Origin: Rhizaria sp. SCN 62-66
Taxonomy: Eukaryota
Assembly (NCBI GenBank): GCA_001724265.1
Contig: MEDY01000057.1
Location: 1 to 64,000 of the forward strand
Length of the DNA: 64,000 nt
Direction of reading: 5' to 3'
The translations under genes were made by a program, and so were the position numbers. Positions 35,966 to 48,100 of this stretch are shown one piece after another. A model generated the notes under the pieces. It was not told the origin of the DNA and did not search any database. It worked only from the letters and a program-made list of their open reading frames with translations. Each line of letters opens with the position of its first letter. Position 1 is the stretch's first letter.

Positions 35966-36424
35966 GACTCTGTCTGAGAGCCGTTTGCGTGGGGAAGAAA
36001 GAGACATGAAGACATACAAAAAGAAAAATAGATGTATAAGCATTGGTATTATTCTGGACAATACATGAAAAATACATAAACGGACACATGATCTCATATT
36101 GGCTTTAGCTCAGACCCTCGTTCGTTTCTTCCTGTGTTTCGAAATGACTCCGGTCATTTTTCACGGGACCGAAAAAATGCGGACAATTCAGAACAAAACA
36201 AAGCTTATATGCACTCTTACGAAGTGATATCAATTTAAATTTAGTATTTTGTGATACTGCGACAAACGATATCCCAATGATAGTTAAAACCTATTTGTAT
36301 GGTTGTTATTTATGCATATACTTGGTTCAAAATGGCTTCTAAAACTGACTATAACTCTGTAAACTCGACGACTCGCAAGTACCTGCTGGTCGTTGCTCTC
36401 GACTCTGCGCAATACGGATATCGC

Positions 36425-37679
36425 TTAGAGCATGGGGTTGACCTTAACGATTCCGTCGGCACGCGTGCGGAACTCCTGCCCGCCACGCGCGGCCACCACG
36501 CCCTCACTGTAACACGCGTTCTGGAACGCAGTCATCTCGCCCACCAGCGCCGTCTGCAGCGCCGCGCGCGCCGCCGCGATGGCCGGGCCATGCTCCGCCC
36601 GCGCGGCCGCGACCGCAGCCTCGGCTGCGGCGACGGCGGCGGCGGCGGCGGCGGCGGCCTTCTTGCCCGCGGTCATCTGGTTCTGGCGCGCCTTGGCCAG
36701 CGCGGCCTCGAGCGGAGCGACGGCGGAGAAGGCCGCCACGGTCTCGGCCGCGCGCGGGCCCGCGAATAGCAGCGGCAGCGCGAGATCGATCGCGGCCGCG
36801 GCCTGCGCGGCGGCCGGGGACGGGCCGGACGCCGCCAACACGGCCTTGCCGCTGAAGCCGTTGGCCTTCGTAGCGGGGGCCACCGAGGACGCGGCGGCAG
36901 CGGAGGCGGACTTGGCAGCGGCGGCGGCGGCGGCGTCGGCCTTGGTGGCAGGAGCCTTAGCGGCGGTGGCGGGCGCAGCAGAGGCGTCACCGGCGACGAA
37001 CGACACCTCGACGCCCTTGAGGCCCTTGTTCTTGCACTTAAGCACGCCGACCTGCTTGATCTCGGTCAGGTCCGCGACCGTGACAGCGGACGGGTACAAC
37101 GCACGCAGCGCCGCGGCGTCCGCGAACGGGGTTGCGCCGGTGATGATGGCGTTTGCGAGCTCGAACGCGCGCGACGCGATGTCCTTGATGTACGCCTCCT
37201 TGGCTTCGTTCTCGCGCGCTTCGGTCTCCTTGGCGCGCGCCTTAACCTCGGCCTCGGTCTGCGGCTCGGGCGCAGGCGCCGCGGTGGCGAGCGCGGCGGA
37301 GAGGTACGCCTCGAGAGGGCTGGTCTGGCCGGCGGCGTACAGCAGAGTCATCTCAGCCCTGTGCGACACAGAAAGTGCCAAACAACGCAAAACAGCACGA
37401 AAATCGGGAATGTAATGAGAATGTGCGATATAAGACACGAGTGAGTCAGTATCAATTGCTGAGAATAAAACGTGAGCGTGCTAGACGTTGTGCGATGCGG
37501 AGAGCTGCGTGTCGAGGCGATATGGTAAGCACGTACTTGGCGTTGGAAGGGAAGGTAGTGTCCTTCCAGTCAAGGGAGACGCCAATGGTCTGCTGAAAGG
37601 CGGAGAAAAGCACCATGGCAGCGGTGGTAGTCAGAGGGGTCTGCTTGGCGCGGTTGCGCTCGCAAGGGATGTCGGCCAT
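36425..37679 (-). CDS. Protein with a degenerate AlaRS/ThrRS editing (tRNA_SAD/AlaX)-like N-terminal half; exons 37679-37537 and 37358-36425
   Basis: A GTACGT...CAG intron joins two ORFs. TTAAMVLFSAFQQTIG, AFELANAIITG and DLTEIKQVGVLKCKNKGLKGVEVSFVAG echo AlaX structural blocks without the metal ligands. The gene model is solid and the family call is tentative. Confidence 0.55.
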
Positions 37680-38157
37680 CTGCGAAGAGGCGTACGTTGC
37701 AGATCAGGGTGAGTGCGGCGCGTGAGATCAGGCGAGGTAGAAAACACAATTATAATATCTTAATTAATCAAGCGTTTTGTTTCTATTTAAGACACTCAGA
37801 CTGCCATGTGACGATCGAGAAGGCGAGAAAGCAAGGCATTTGGATCGACGTCGCGGCTACTCCCAGCTCACCACAAAACGCCTTGTGACCGTGAGCATCT
37901 TCCCGACGTTGTCATTCTGCTGGATACCCTCACTGTATACCTACTGCAGTACACTTTTGGGGGAACTTCAATTTACACATATATTATACCTGAATTGTAT
38001 CGCTTCATGCCTCTACTGCTATGTGTATTCCTGCTCTGAAGTTGCCGTAGAAGGAGCACTGCAACTCACACACGTCAGCCACTTGCCTTCCTCGATTTCT
38101 TATTATAGAACTCGTCAAACCGAAAACGCGCTGTGTGCCAAGATTTACTCGTGCGCA

Positions 38158-41100
38158 ATGGATTTGACTTGCACATTTTCGTCTTCTTCGCTCTCGGGTG
38201 CGAACGCGGGCGCGCAAGATACGGGCGAGGACGTGGAGGCCTCGATCACCATCACCGTAGACCCCGATGACGACCCGACGCACGTGGTCCGCGAGCTCTG
38301 CGTCGCCGAGGGTCTCCCCGCCGACTTTACGCGCTCCTTCGCCGCGCTCGTGCAAGACGTCGTTGACGAGGCCTCCCGCGCCGCCCCGCTGCCGCAGTCG
38401 TCCCTCACTGCCGCCGTTATCACCGCGTCCGCCGCGTCCGCGTCGTCGTCCCTGCTCTACAGCGACAAGCCCGTCATCGCCCGCCCCGAGGACACCGCCG
38501 CGGCCGCCGCGCAGCAGACGCAGACGATTGCGGAGACCGCCGCAGCTGCGTGGGCCACGTTACTCCGCGCCGGCCGCATCCCTGCCGCCGCCGCCGCTGA
38601 CGCTGCCGCTGACGCCGCCGACACGACCCACACAGACGGCGACACGCCAGACTCGGCTCCTTCGGGGGCCGTGGCCGTGTGCGCGTCTGCGTCTGCGTCT
38701 GCGCTGGCGGCGTCTGCGGCGTCGCACGCGTGGGCGACCGCCTACCAGGCTGTCATCGCCCGCCGTGACCTGCGGGGTGCACTGTTCGCCTGTGTGCGCA
38801 ACCTCGCGGCGGCGACGAGGCTGCTGCACCGGGCGCGCGCGGGGGCGTTTGCCGCGCTTACGACGCAGCACGCGCGCGAGATGGAGACCGTCATGCGCCA
38901 ACAGGTACGGTACATATGTCAAAACTGTCACCGCAGCAGCTGCTTGGCAACCGCACACACACTAATATCAGCACGAAACACATATATTCATACCATATCA
39001 CATCGTATCATATTCAGACAATATTCGACATGATATAATAACAGATTCATATCATATATGATATCATATCTTGTTTCATTCGTCTATTCATTTCTATAGT
39101 CCTCATTTTGCTCCAATCCTTTCGATATTGTTACTTTTTTTACCTTTCTTTCTCAATGCGATACTCGAATATAGGCCGCATCTGGCGGCGTCCGCTCGAT
39201 CACTTCCGCAGCCGCCGACCCGTCCTCCGGCTCCGGCGCTGGCGACGCCCTGAGCGCGCTGGTCTACGCGCACCTCTCGGCCACCGAGGCCACGCACGCG
39301 CTGTGGCGTCGCCGCCTCGATACGCTCCACGCCACGCAGCGGCGTCTGTTCCGCGCACTCGTGTTCAAGCTCGCTGACGCCGCACTTGGCGCGAACGCGA
39401 GTGCGAATGCGTCCAACGCTGCCTCATCAGCGCTCGCCGTGCAGGCCTCTTCCTCCTCATCGTCAGCGGCGGCGGCGTCTTCGGCGGCGGCGGCTGCGAG
39501 CGCGGCTGCAGATACCAATGCGCTGCGGCGGCTGGCGGGGTGGTTTGCCCGCTCCGCCCCTCCTGCTGCCGCCGCCACCGCCGCCACAGCCGCTGCCTCC
39601 TTGTCCTCCTCTTCTGCAACGGCCAGTGCGAGTACGAGTGGGAGCGCCGGCGCGGACGCGGCCGCGCGGTCGCCGGTGCTGCTGCGAAGGCAGGTGTTCC
39701 TCGGAGGCCAGCAGAAGGCCGAGTTCTTTGTCACGCTTGAGCTCGGCGACTGCGAGGCTCTCACGGACACCAACTGGGACATTTCAGAGAGCTCGGCCGC
39801 CGCCAACACTGCGGCCGCCACTGCTGCTGCCATCGCTGCTGCCACGGCGGCGACGGAGCCGGGTTCTGCCGAGGGCGGCGGCTCTGAGGGCGACGGCGCG
39901 ATGGCCGTGGCGATCGGCGGCGCGACGGTGCGCGCGGCGGCGGAGCTGGGCGCGCAGAGCGACCTTGCCTCGCTCTTGGTCGCGCTGGGCGCCGGGGCCG
40001 CCGCGGGCGTGGTCGTCAACGCCCAACAGCAGCAGCAGCAAAGCAACAACAGCAACAGCGCTGGGAGTGATAACGAGGGAGCGTGGAGCGCTGAGGCGGC
40101 TCGGCTGTCTGGCCACGCGGATGCACTGTACTCGCGCGCGCTGACGGCGCTGGTGCTGCCGCAGCTGCCGGAGGGACTGGTGCTGGCCAGGGATCGCCGC
40201 GAGGCCGGCGGGGCGATGGCCTGTCTCCGCGTCAACAAGGTACGTAAACGCTACAACGCAAGAACATTTCAAGAAATTCGAAAATCAAATGGAAATACGC
40301 CTTGCAACTCGAGAATTAATATTATTTCACTCACGTATATCTTTGCATCTGGATTTCCTTCGTGTTTTGTTCTTGTTCTCCAGTTCGTGGAGGCGTGTGA
40401 CTCGTCGTCGGAACTGCACTTCCCGCCTCTTGTGTCCCAGCTTCACGACCTTACTTCCAACCTTGCCGCTGCCTACCGCGCCGCACATCCCACCGCCGCC
40501 GCCGCTGCCTCGAACAACACTGGCGCTGGAATCGGCGCTGGCGCGAGTGCGGGTGCCAACTCACGGCCGTTGCCGCCCGCGACGCGTTTGCTGCACCCGG
40601 GCGACGTGGTGACGACGGTGCACTCGAACCTGCGCGCCGCGCACGCCGTGCTGCACCTGGTCTCGCTGCCGACCTTCTCCGCGCGTGCCGCGCAGGAGGC
40701 GCTTGACCGCATGTCCACCCCCGCACTCGCCGCCGCCGCCGCCGCAGCCGCCGCAGCCGCCGCCGCCGCAGCCGCCGCCACGACTGCCAGTGCGACTACC
40801 AGCGCGGGCACCGACCCCGCGGCTGCTGCGGCGGCTGCGGAGGCGGCGGACCGCGTTTCCGCGCACTGCGCCGTGCTGACGGGGCTGCAAGACGCGCTCT
40901 TGGCAGCCGACTACCACTCGGTGGCATCAGTCGGCGTGCCGCTGGCGCTGGCGGGTCACACGGATGCCGTGGACCGCGCCGTCGCCCCCGCCGTCGACGT
41001 GCTTGTGGCCACGCACGCCGCCACGGCCGCCGCCGCCGCCGCGCAGCAGGGCCACGGACAGGGCGACGCAGCGAGCGCGCGGTCCGCGGCCGCGGCCGCT

Positions 41101-41466
41101 GTGGGCGCTGCGGTGGCGTCCGCGGCGTCCGCGGGCGAGCCCGTAGTGGCCGAGGCCGTGGCGCAGGGTGAGGTCGTCATGCGCGCAGTCAAACACGCGC
41201 TGACGCTGCTGGCGACGACGACGGCACCCGCGGCGCGCACGCTGCGCGAAGTGCGATTCCTGGTCTCGCTGACGGCTGCGGTTACGCGGGGAACCAAGGG
41301 ACTGGAGGCCGCGCGACAGGGGCAGGCCGCGGGGGCCTCGGCGGCGGCCACGGGGACCGGGACCGGGGGCGCGGGGGACGCCAAGCCGGACTGGGCGGTT
41401 GTGCGGAGGCTCGCGTTTGTCCGGCAGTCACTTGCGGCCTTCGAGAACGTCTGGGGCACCGCGTAA
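38158..41466 (+). CDS. C12orf4/FERRY3 (DUF2362) homolog; exons 38158-38904, 39175-40239, 40384-41466
   Basis: QHAREME, LYSRALTALVL, FVEACDSSSELHFPPLVSQL, LHPGDVVTTVHSNLRAAHAVLHLV and VLTGLQDALLAADYHSVASVGVPL match DUF2362 as recalled. Introns are GTACGG...TAG and GTACGT...CAG. Confidence 0.85.
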
Positions 41467-42178
41467 TTCAGCATCGCGGTGTCATCACATGTTATCTAGT
41501 CTTTCCACTCTTTTGCCAATGGGATCAAAAATACAAATCCGAATCTATGTTATGGATATAGGCTTCTTGTCGGGCTTGCTTGAGTTCCATCTGCGTGGTT
41601 CCGTGAAAATGACACGACTTGTGATGTCAGTAATATCCACGACGCCCCCATAGGTGCGACTTTCCCCTTTGGTGGCGACGGCCCTCGTGATTCGTACATG
41701 CAGCCCCCGTGCTAATTTGAGGAGCGCTATTGACGGTCTTGACTCGAAGCAATTGTGGGGACTGGACAATACTTGGTCTGTCGATGGTTTGACAGACTAG
41801 TAACTCTAGTTGTCGTCGCATTAGCTGCGAGCAGGGACAGCAATAACTTTATGAGTAATATTTGTTTTGAAGTCGCCCCCTTTTTAATAGGTATTTTCAT
41901 ATTGGATACATCCATCTTGAGTATAATTAAACTCGTATGCTTTGCGAACGTACACTTTTAAACGAATATCTGTGCATTTCGTTCTTGTTTTGATCGCAGA
42001 TAACCATTGCTAAGGTAAACTCTTATTTTAAGAAGTAGAAATGTGTGTATATCATACGTCGCGTGTTTCATTCATTCAAAATATTAAGTTATTACATGTT
42101 GTTTATGATCAATCACCATCGTTGATTCCACGTTCGTGCGTCGTCAGTTCTCAAAGCATCGCTCGCCACAATCACGAA

Positions 42179-45100
42179 TCACATCTGGGGCAGCGGCGTA
42201 CTGTCCGCAGCGAGCTGCCCCGCCGCCATCTCCTCGCCCCTGCGCACGAGGCGCGTGAATGCCGTTTGCAGCCTCTGCTCGCAGCGGCCCAGTTGCCCGA
42301 GCAGCGCGTCGCGCGTGGCCAGCAGCTCGCCCGCTTGGGCCGCCTGGGCGCCGCGCAGCCCGCCCAGCGCGGCCTCTCCGCGCGCCCACGCGGCCTCCTG
42401 GTGCTGCAGCGCCAGCTGCGCGCGGCCCAGCGCACGCACCGCGTTGGCCAGCACCACAGCCGCGCCCTTGCCCGGCGCCGCGCCGCTCTTCGCGGTGGCG
42501 CCGCCAGAGGCCTGACCGCGCTGCTGCTGCTGTGCAGCGCTGGGCTGCTTCTTGGGGCTGCTCCTGGCCTTGTCGCGGCCGCGCTGCGGGGAGCCCACTG
42601 CGGTGACGGCAAGCCTGCGTGAGGGGCTGGCGAGCTGCGACTGCGGCAGCGCAGACCCCGCGGTGACGGCGACGGCGGGCAGCGCGCTCTTGTCCGCGCC
42701 CAGACTCGCGTCCAGACCAACGGGAAGTGTCGCTGCGCCCGAGAAAAAGCTCTCCATCTCGCTCTCACCGTCAGCTGCGCCATCGGCCTCGTCGCCATCG
42801 CCGTGGATCTGACTGCGGTCGACGTCGGCGGCTGACATGACGCTGGCGTCAACGTTGCCAGCCGCGGCCGCAGCCGCAGCGTCCTCGCTCTCAGCCGCCT
42901 CAGCAAGCGCGGCGCGGACAAGCGCAGCGACTTCCTCAGAGCTGACCGTGGCCGCGGCGCCGTCAGCCACGTCGCAGATGGCGCCACACTCGGCCTGCGC
43001 GGCGTTGACGACTGTGCGCAGCGCCTTGACGCGCAGCCGGCACTGCCGCGCCGCTGAGGCCGTCTCCCCGGTCGACGCGTCCGACGCGCGCGCGCAGGCC
43101 TCAAGCACGGATGCGACGCCGGCGACCGAGTCGCGCAGCACGACCATAGCCTCGGCCAGCGCGGCGAGCACTTCGCTGCCTTCGCTCTGCAAGCGAGAGC
43201 CCTCGCCCACGACGGCGCCACGGAGCGCCTCGACGTGCGCGCGCGCGACGAGCGCCTCGGCCTCTTCGCGCGCCGCCGCAGCGTGGCGCTGCTCCCACAG
43301 CGCGCGGTGCTCTTCCCACATTGCGCCCAGCCGCGCAGCCTCGGCCTCAGCGGCGTCGGCGCGCGCCTGCGCGTGCGCGCGCGCGTCGTCGGCGTCCTCG
43401 AGCGCGGCCGCAGTCGCCGCGCGGTCCGCCTCGTACTCGGCCTGCACGCGCTCCCACTCGGCGGCCTTGGCGCCCAACTCCTCGGCCGCGCGGCTCACAG
43501 AGTCCAGGTCGCCGTGCGCGCGCCGCGCCTCGCCCGCCGCGGCGGCCTCGCGCGCCTGCAGCAGCGCCGCGGAGCCCTCAGCGCGCGTGAGCCGTGCGCG
43601 TAGCAGCGAGACCTCGCCGGCCAGCTCACCAGCGCGGGTCTTAAGCGCGTCGCACAACGCACCCTGCGCGGCGAGCTCGGCCTGGCGCCAGCCCTCCAGG
43701 TCGGGGCACGGGATGAACACAGAGCCCGTGACGGGTTCGGTGTCCTCGGCCGCCACGGCCACGGCCGCGCCGCCGCCCAGCGCCGCGGGCGCCACTGGGG
43801 AGAGCTTCCACAGCCCGCCCGACGCGATGTTGGGCCCCGCGCCGGAGCCCGCGAGCGCGCGCGCCGGGTAGGGGTACGGCGCAAGCGTGCGCGTCGTCGC
43901 CGCGGCCAGCGCGCTCTCGAGCTCCTTGACGCGGCGCTCCTCAGCCGCGTGCTGCGCCTGAGCCTGCGCCACGGCCGTGCGGTGGGCGCCCTCGGCCCAC
44001 GCGCCCAGCGCGGCCTTGACGCCGCGCGCGCGCCGCGCCACGGCCGCCAGGTCGCCCAGAGCGGCGGCCATTGCACTGGCAAATTCGGCCTGCGCCGCCT
44101 CGCCGGCGGCCGCCGCGGCGGAGACCAGGTGCGCCTCGGAGCCGCAGGACTCAGCCGCGGGGGCCAGAGCCGTGGCGGCGCTCGCAATGGCGGCGTTCAG
44201 GGCGTGCAGGCGCTCTGCCGCGTCCTCAAGCTCGGGCCACGAGCCCATGCCTTCGCTGCCGTCAGCGGCAGCGTCCGCGTCATCGTCGTTATCGTCGTAG
44301 CCGAACGTCCCGCTGCCCTGCGCGGCCGCAAGCTCCAGCGAGAGATCGCCCGAATGCGCGGCGCCGTGCGCTGCGTGTGACGCGGAGGCGAGCGCAAGGC
44401 TGCGGCGCGTGGCGGCGCCGGGCGTCTGCCGCGCGGCCGCGGGGGACGCGCGCGCGACGGCGCCGGAGGCGGGCGTGCCGCGCTGCAGCATGCGGGCAAC
44501 AGGCACGCCGCTGCCGGCGGGGGTCGCGTCCGCCGCAGCCGCCTGGCGACGCAGCGCGGTGACGTCCGCCACGCTCGACGTCATCGTCAGCCGCGCGGTC
44601 ACGGTCGAGATGCCGCTGCCGCCAAGAGAGGCGCGCGCAGTGCGCTCGCGCTCGCGCTCGGTCTTAGCCTTGCTCTGGCGCGCCGCCCACACGGCCTCGC
44701 ACGCCGCGCGACGGGCGCCCCAGCGCGCGCGCGCCTCGGCTGCAGCGCCGAGCGCAAGCAGCGTGGCGTCGGTGGCGCCGCGCGTCTCGGTCAGCGCGCC
44801 TGCAACGGCGGTCGTCTCGCGCTGCAGCACGCCAAACGCGTCCTCCAGCGCCTCCGCGCGCGCCTGCGTGCTCTGGCCGCGCTCCGTGAGCAGCGAAGAG
44901 AAGTTCGTGATGACCGCGGCGGCCTGCGCCAGCGTGGCGTCGAGCGCGCCTGCCACGTCGTCCACCGCCGTCGCGAACGAGTGCAGCTTCGCGTCCGTGA
45001 GCGTGCGCGCGTGCGTCGCCCGCAGCGCGGCGGCGTCCGCGGCCGACTGCAGCAGAGCGCATCGGCGCGTGAGCGCGGCGACGGATGTGGCGAGCGCACA

Positions 45101-48100
45101 GCCCTGCGCGCGCGACGCAAGCAGCGCGCGCGCAAGTGCGCGGCGCTCGTCGTCGGCGCCCAGCGGCAGCGTCGCCAGCGCTAGCAGCCGCGCTGTGGCC
45201 GCGGGCGTGAGGCCCGTCGCCGGGTCTGCCGCGCCCGCGGCGGGGCCCTGAGGCGCGCCAAACGCGGCGCCCGCGGTGGGACCAGCGGAAAGCACGGACT
45301 GCGCACCCGTTGTCGACGACAGTAGCACCACCGCGGACGGGGGCGCCACTGTCACACCCATCGCCGAGCCCCGACTCGCAGCGATCGCAGTCGAAGTGGC
45401 GCTCATCGCAGAGTTGCGCTTAACGGCGGCGGCGCTGGGCGAGATAAGCGCAGAGCCCGTCGCACGCGCGCTGCCGGCGCGGCGGCTGGGCGTGGCGGAC
45501 GACGACGACTTGCCACCACGGGGCGACGCGGGGTGTCCCGTGGCGAGCGCGCGCACAAACGCCTCCGTCTCTCGGTCGTAGTCGCTGCCCAGCGCGCTCG
45601 CGCCCGCACCGGCAACCGCGCCCTCGACCGCGGCGTCGGCGCCGCCCGCCGTGGCCGCGGCGAGGAGGTCCGCGGCGCGGCGCCAGCCGGGGGCGACAAC
45701 GGCCGCCAGCGCGCCGCCCGCGAGCCCGTCGGCGGTCTCGGCCTCACGCGCGCGCTCACGCTGCTGCAGCGCGGCGAGCTGCTGGCGGAGCGCAGCGTTC
45801 TCGGCCTCGGCCCGCGCCAGCGCGCCCTGTGCGTCGGCGAGCGCGCGCGCGGTGGGCGTGTTGCGGAGGTGCTCGAGCTCGGCGCGCAGAGCGGCGGGGA
45901 CGAGTGCAGCCCACTGCGCAGACGCCAGCGCGCCGCCTGCGCCGGGGCACACCGCGGCGGAGACGAAGGCCGGAGCGGACGGGTCCTCGCGCTGGAGCCG
46001 CGCTAGCACAGCGGACACGGCGGCGGCGCGCGCGGCAGGCATGCGCACCCAGCCCAGGCGCAGCTTGCGGTACACACGGCACCGCGGGCCCGGCGCGGCC
46101 CCGGACATACTGTTGCCGCTGCCACTGCCGGTCAGAGAGGAGGACTGTGCGCTCGCACTGCCAGAGTAAGGCACCACAGCGCCGGTCGTGTTCATGTTCG
46201 TGGAGCTGTGCGCAGATCGGAAGGGCGACTGCGTGAACTTGGTCGTGAACGCAGGCCGCTCTGCCGCCGCGGCCGAAGACGAGCCACTCGCCGCGGCGAC
46301 CGCAGCGGCGACCGCGGCGGCAGGGGCGACACGGACGTTCGCAGGCGCAAGCGCCGAGGATGGCGCAGGGGTCGCAAACGGCACGGACACGACGCGCTCC
46401 TCCCAGAGGTCCAGCACGTCCACAAGGGGCTCGCGCGCGGCAACACCTAGCGCCGCGTCCAGCTGCGCCAGTGCCGACGCCGCCGCGGACACGATCGGGC
46501 GCGCGGCGTACGTGCCCGCGGCGCGCGGGGACAGCCCCAGCGCCGCAGCCACCGCGGCCGCGGCGGGCGCAGAGCCCCGCGGGGATAGCGGGGCCGCCCG
46601 GGTCACAGCGCCAGTGATACCACCGCCGCTCGCGGTCGCAGGGCTAAGAGGGGACTGCGTCGGCCAGAGCGCGCGCACGTAGCCCGTGCCAGAGCCAGAG
46701 CTGGGGTCAGCGGCCGCGTCTGTGGCGCTGGCGCCGTCGCGCGCGTCCAACTGCAGATGCGAGGCCTCGAGCGCGGCGTAAGCCGACACCATGCCGGCGG
46801 CGACTTCGCCGGGCGTGGGCACCACCGGCGGCAGCGCGCTGCACGCACTCGCGGAGCCCTGTGCCTGCGATGACCCGTCGTGGCCGCAGAACGCATGCGC
46901 TGCCTGGGACTGTGACTGGAACTGCGACTGCGCGTGCGTGGGCGTGCTGCCGGTGGTGGGGCGCGCGTAGGCCTCGGCAGCCGCGCGCGCAGCGTTGGCG
47001 AGCAGCGCCCGCAGCGCCTGCGCCGGCAGCGCGCCCGTGCACTCGGGTTGCGCCGCGCCGGCCAGCGGGAGCCCGAGCTCCGGGCGCTGCAGCGGGAGCG
47101 GGTCCCACTGCGAGTCCTCCTCGTCAGCCGCCTCGGCGCCGGCCATGGCGGCGGCGGCGTCGGAGTCAGACGCGAAGGGCCCGGAACCGTCGGCGGCGCC
47201 GTACGCGGCCGCGGGGTAGCCGGGCTCGACCTCAACGCCCGCGAACGGGTACCGCAGCGACGCCGCAGCATTACCGTGGCCGTTGCCGGGTAGGGGCTCG
47301 CCGGGCTGGCCCGCAGCGGCCGCGGGGGCCAGCGCGGCGCGTGCGCGCTGTTGCTGCTGCACGGCCGCGGCGCGCGCGCGGGCGATCACGCGAAGCGCAT
47401 CGGCCACAGCGGCCTCGCTCACGGGGGGCTCATCGGCGGCGGTGTCTGTAGGCAACGCGCCGGCGCGCGCGGCGGCGGCGGCGACCGCAGCAGCGGTGGC
47501 TGTGGGCGAGGACACCACCGGAGACGCAGTGGGAGGGTTGTGCGCCGTGCTGGAGAGATTGAGCATCGCGGGCGCGGCGACTGACTGGAGCGCGCCGCCG
47601 CCGCCGCGCCGCACGGCCAGCATCGTCGACGGCGAGAGCACCACGGGCGTCACCACTGCTGCGCCGCTCTCATGCAAGGAGGCGGAGTTGGCTTGGGCGG
47701 AAGAGGACGGGGAGACAAAGCCGCGCGCAGAGGGGCGCACTAGCGGTGTCGGCGGCTTGACAGCGGACCGCGGCGCGGTCCCAGTCGTGGGCCCAGTCAC
47801 TTGTGTGTGCGCGGGTGTGCGTGAGGGCGCGGGGGCCGAGGCACGGGCGCCGCCCTTAACCGGCGTCGCCGCGGCAGCCGCAGAGGCCACGAACACAGGC
47901 GCAGACCGAGCCGCTGCAGCACTGCCGTTGCTGTCGGTCGTGCGCGCCGCGTGTGACTGCACGCGGGGCGGGGACGCGGCGGCGCGCGCAGAGGCCAGCG
48001 CGGCGGCATGTGCGCGCGCAGCGGGACTGATCACAGTCGCGGGACGCGCGGCGACCGCGGCGGATAGTGTCGCGCCGCGGGACGCTGACGGCGGACCACG

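Noticed and set aside
39049-39064. 16-bp palindrome ATATCATATATGATAT in a C12orf4-like intron
   Set aside because: It sits in a low-complexity ATATC-rich patch, with no terminal inverted repeats or target-site duplication to suggest a MITE or introner.
41500-41810. GC-richer island in the spacer, considered as a possible snRNA or snoRNA
   Set aside because: No U1, U2, U4, U5 or U6 signature and no convincing C/D or H/ACA box pair by eye. An Rfam scan would be needed.
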